Part shown: positions 60,567 to 64,000 of the stretch, in pieces
Layout of the letters: each line of letters begins with the position of its first letter
Position numbering within the stretch: the stretch's first letter is position 1
Assembly: GCA_052168235.1 (NCBI GenBank)
Contig: JBQLZK010000005.1
Location: 1 to 64,000, forward strand
Source of the DNA: Thainema sp.
GTDB lineage: Bacteria; Cyanobacteriota; Cyanobacteriia; Phormidesmidales; Phormidesmidaceae
Direction of reading: 5' to 3'
DNA length: 64,000 nucleotides
Made by a program: the position numbers and the translations under genes
The notes under the pieces: generated by a model
Databases searched by the model: none
What the model was told of the DNA's origin: nothing
The model's input: only the letters and a program-made list of their open reading frames with translations

Positions 60567-62516
60567 ATGAAGCCTCTAGGAAAATGGTTATGGATTGTTT
60601 GGGCTAGGGTATGCTCCTTCTTTCAAGCCTCTAGCCGTACCGTCGGTTTATCAAGTTTGATTGCATTGCTAATTGCGATCGCACTTTTCCCAACTTGGCA
60701 TCGAATTTTTACGGTACGAGATCTGCCCGTTCAAATAAAAATGGCGGCTCCTCAAGAAGAATATGTAAGAGTATATTGGGATCATCCGGAACGCCATCCA
60801 GATGCTTTTGAGCGAATTGAAGTTCGTCAAAATTTGCTTCCCAATCAAACGCTATCAAAATATAAATTTTCAGTTGTCAGAACGCCCTGGCAACGCTTAC
60901 AAATTGTTGGAGAAAATGGTACAAATTTGCGAATTCCCCTAGCACAAGTTGCAGGCAAGCAGATTCAAAAGCAGGGACAAGACTTCCAGTTACCGATATC
61001 TGTTTGGAATCGGCTTAGTCGAGCGCTTGTTACTACTGGTTTAAGCTGGGGGCTGATGACATTTTTGTTTATTAGCGTCATTCATATTTGGCAACGCAAA
61101 AGTAACGGACGATTTGGTGTAGCAACCTATATCTTGACTTTATCGATTACTCTGAGTAGCTTTTGGACGCTGCTATTTTATCCGGGAGTCCTATCTTTTG
61201 ACTCAGTTAATCACTGGGTACAAGGGCTGCAAAATGAGTATGATGCATGGTGGCCGCCTATCTTAGCTATGGTGATGCATGCCACTCAGTATTGGTCAAA
61301 AGATCCCAGCTTATTTACCTTTATCCAAGGTTTCTTATTTTGGGCATCATCTTTATATTTACTCTGGCAGATCGTTGGTAAGTCTCGCTTCTTTCTGATT
61401 AATGCTAGCTTATTCGTCTTTGTTCCACCGATATGGTTATATTCCAACGCTACGGTTTCCAATAGTTGGATGACAATATTTGTTTTGCTGTCAGCGAACT
61501 ATCTAGTACAGTTTTGTCGACAGCAAAGAAGACGCTTCTTTTTATTATCCATTTGTTTTTTATCTATTGCAATTTGCTTTAGGCGTGAGGCTATTTTTTT
61601 AGTTGCTATTCCAATCGCTATTTATCTATATTGGTCATCGAAATCGGATAGGAGCTTATCTTCAATAGGTAGACGTGGAGCAATTATTTTATCGATATTA
61701 TTATTATCCGTTATTCCAGCTGTGTTACTTTCACTAAGTCCCAATGTCTCGGGGCAGTCTCCTACAGGTTATGTTTTTCTAAGCCAGTATGCGGGTGTTT
61801 TGAGCAGGGCAAATAATCAAGCCGATTCAGAATATTTGATCAAGGAAAAACAATCTATTGACGAGAAATTTGGTGAGGGCACATTTGATGTGTTGCTAAC
61901 TAAATATAATTGTTTTGATTCAATATTAACAATTGGATACTTTAAAAAGAACAGCTTTCAGGGACGGACGAAACAGGCAGTTTTATTTGAAAATAATGAT
62001 TTCGTCCTTGGCAAAGTACTGAGCGCTGCTGCAAAGCATCCAGTTGCTTACCTTAAACATAAAGCCTGTAATTTTTCCTACACGCTGCAGAAGTCTAAGA
62101 TTACATACAATACCTGGGGGTTGATTGAGCCGGGACCGGATAAGCCAAGGGAGCGGCTTAATATTCAATTCAATAGCCAATTACCCCGTGTGAAAGCAGC
62201 CTATGTTGCGATGCTGGACAAGATGCTGAAGCATCCATTACTGTCGCTGCTGTTTCGGCACTATATTTTTCTGGCGTTATCAGTAGTATTTTTGATAGTT
62301 GGTGCTTTGACCCGCAAGCCAGAATTCCTTGTTCCATCAGCATTCAGCGTTGTATATCCAGTTGGCTTAATTATTCCCGATTCCTTTCCACACTGGCGCT
62401 ATCTCTTTGTTTGCTATGTTTTGGCCTGGATTTGTCTATTGGCCGCCGGAAATCTGTTGGTAATTTGGGGATGGCAGTGGTGGCAACGCCAGCAAGATGC
62501 ATCAGTTGACGCTTAG
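60567..62516 (+). CDS. Polytopic membrane protein, possible GT-C glycosyltransferase
   Basis: YPGVLSFDSVNHWVQG..WWPP loop, many TMs, C-terminal WRY. Confidence 0.65.
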   Translation: MKPLGKWLWIVWARVCSFFQASSRTVGLSSLIALLIAIALFPTWHRIFTVRDLPVQIKMAAPQEEYVRVYWDHPERHPDAFERIEVRQNLLPNQTLSKYKFSVVRTPWQRLQIVGENGTNLRIPLAQVAGKQIQKQGQDFQLPISVWNRLSRALVTTGLSWGLMTFLFISVIHIWQRKSNGRFGVATYILTLSITLSSFWTLLFYPGVLSFDSVNHWVQGLQNEYDAWWPPILAMVMHATQYWSKDPSLFTFIQGFLFWASSLYLLWQIVGKSRFFLINASLFVFVPPIWLYSNATVSNSWMTIFVLLSANYLVQFCRQQRRRFFLLSICFLSIAICFRREAIFLVAIPIAIYLYWSSKSDRSLSSIGRRGAIILSILLLSVIPAVLLSLSPNVSGQSPTGYVFLSQYAGVLSRANNQADSEYLIKEKQSIDEKFGEGTFDVLLTKYNCFDSILTIGYFKKNSFQGRTKQAVLFENNDFVLGKVLSAAAKHPVAYLKHKACNFSYTLQKSKITYNTWGLIEPGPDKPRERLNIQFNSQLPRVKAAYVAMLDKMLKHPLLSLLFRHYIFLALSVVFLIVGALTRKPEFLVPSAFSVVYPVGLIIPDSFPHWRYLFVCYVLAWICLLAAGNLLVIWGWQWWQRQQDASVDA

Positions 62517-62689
62517 CTTGATATTCAAATTGTGATTCAAATCATCTGAGCATTTGATGTAGGTCAAAATGGCGCTTGATGCCTATCAGGGTTTTCCCTG
62601 ATATCCGTCAGCCTAAAATGGCTGGAATCTCACAAATTCAAGCGCTTCACCGTCACAAGCTAGTTTGGGTTTTCCTGGCATTCTAATAA

Positions 62690-63007
62690 GTGTTGATGTA
62701 CTGCTTATTGGAATCCGCCATGACTACTCACCATTCGTCCAGTGCCACGGTTGATTTGCTGACTCTAACCAAAGAAGAGCAATCGATGAATCTGAGTTTG
62801 CTGATTGCCCGGAAACTCGCAGCCGTGTATTGGCGGCGACTGGTTAGGCTCGGTGTTCCGGTTGAAGATGCAATGTACATTGCGATCGCAGTTGCCAAGT
62901 TCGATGTTGCGAACAAGCAGCCGCGCCCCAAGTACCGCAATTTGATTGGCAAATACTGTTCCCATATTTGTCGGGCTGAACTCTGGCGACCGGGTCTGTT
63001 GGTATGA
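62690..63007 (+). CDS. Hypothetical protein
   Basis: 105 aa ORF; true start may be 62720 or 62786. Confidence 0.55.
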   Translation: MLMYCLLESAMTTHHSSSATVDLLTLTKEEQSMNLSLLIARKLAAVYWRRLVRLGVPVEDAMYIAIAVAKFDVANKQPRPKYRNLIGKYCSHICRAELWRPGLLV

Positions 63008-63296
63008 GAGGATACAGTCGTATGAGACGATAGCAAAAGCGCTAAACTTGGCAGCAATCCCAGTTCTCCATTTGGTTATAACTACACAACTTGGTTGTCG
63101 CTGAATTGGGGTTGATCACGGAGCCAGCTAAAATCGTCGTGCTTTTTCGAACTCGTAAAAACGCCGACTGAACTTGAAGAAATCATATAGCCACTTAGAC
63201 TGTCGATGTTTCCTGGAGAAAAGGTGGGCAGACTAAGAAGACGGCAAGCGCTTTTGACCGTACCGATCGAACCTTGAGTAGGAGTTAACTGACTAT

Positions 63297-64000
63297 ATGA
63301 CTGCTGTTAGCACCACGTGGCAGCACCACTTTGTCGATACCAATCAAATTCGCCTCCACTGTGTTACCCAGGGAGAAGGAGAACTCGTTGTTCTTCTACA
63401 CGGATTTCTGGAGTTTTGGTATTCGTGGCGGCATCAACTACCTGCACTTTCTCCTCACTTTAAGGTTGTCATTCCCGATTTACGGGGTTACAACGACTCT
63501 GATAAACCCAGTGATGGGTATGACTTAGACACCCTGAGCCAAGATATTCGTGGTTTGATTGAGGCGCTGGGCTATCAAAAAGCACATATCGTTGGTCATG
63601 ACTGGGGTGGTGCGATCGCATGGCATTTGGCCCAACAGTTTCCAGCGGTGATTGATCGGCTAGCCATATTAGGCGCACCCCATCCACATCGGTTCCGGCA
63701 GGAACTAATTAGCAATCTCGATCAGCTCCGTCGCAGTTGGTATCTGCTAGCGATGCAAATGCCAGGGCTACCGGAATGGCTGATCCGCCAGAATTTGGGT
63801 CAAATTGTGCGATCGCTGTTTCAAGATCAGGCGGTTCGCAAAGGCGCATTTACCACTCAAGACACAGAACTCTACCAAGCGGCACTGGAAAAACCCGGCG
63901 CACTCGCTGCTGCCATGCGGTACTATCGCCAGTTTCTCTCGATTCCAGACTGGCTCAAGCACTGGAACCGCACTCCTGCTCGTATTCAAAGCCCAACATT
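63297..64000 (+). CDS. Alpha/beta hydrolase (epoxide hydrolase-like), runs off the window end
   Basis: Not in ORF track; manual translation MTAVSTTWQHHFV..LLHGFLEFWYSWRHQ..PDLRGYN..GHDWGG; AGGAG RBS. Confidence 0.92.
   Translation, partial: MTAVSTTWQHHFVDTNQIRLHCVTQGEGELVVLLHGFLEFWYSWRHQLPALSPHFKVVIPDLRGYNDSDKPSDGYDLDTLSQDIRGLIEALGYQKAHIVGHDWGGAIAWHLAQQFPAVIDRLAILGAPHPHRFRQELISNLDQLRRSWYLLAMQMPGLPEWLIRQNLGQIVRSLFQDQAVRKGAFTTQDTELYQAALEKPGALAAAMRYYRQFLSIPDWLKHWNRTPARIQSPT

Overview
Chromosomal window from a cyanobacterium: GCGATCGC HIP1 octamers are abundant, and a fraC-fraD pair suggests a filamentous form. Most of it is housekeeping (thyX, murA, tRNA-Leu, lpdA, ribD, cobO, thiD, ftsQ-ftsZ, ispH, bolA-grxD). 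It also holds signalling genes (a BMP lipoprotein with two hybrid kinases, an output-less Cache-HAMP protein, a Hik2-like DICT-GAF kinase, a 7TM-HD hydrolase), a HEPN/MNT toxin-antitoxin pair, a degraded Uma2 gene and a surface-glycosylation cluster. No CRISPR array, rRNA, intact transposase or prophage was seen. The most unusual items are: (1) 13 intergenic palindromes with perfect 15-28 bp arms that are unrelated to each other but often share a REP-like GC-N3-GC centre, plus MITE/REPIN-like elements; (2) a dual-specificity phosphatase with a laforin-like layout (candidate carbohydrate-binding domain plus CxAGxGR); (3) a 453-aa thyX intein with an HNH nuclease and tandemly duplicated HTH-like modules; (4) a probable ATT start for murA. 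All product calls come from motif recognition by eye; no database searches were run.
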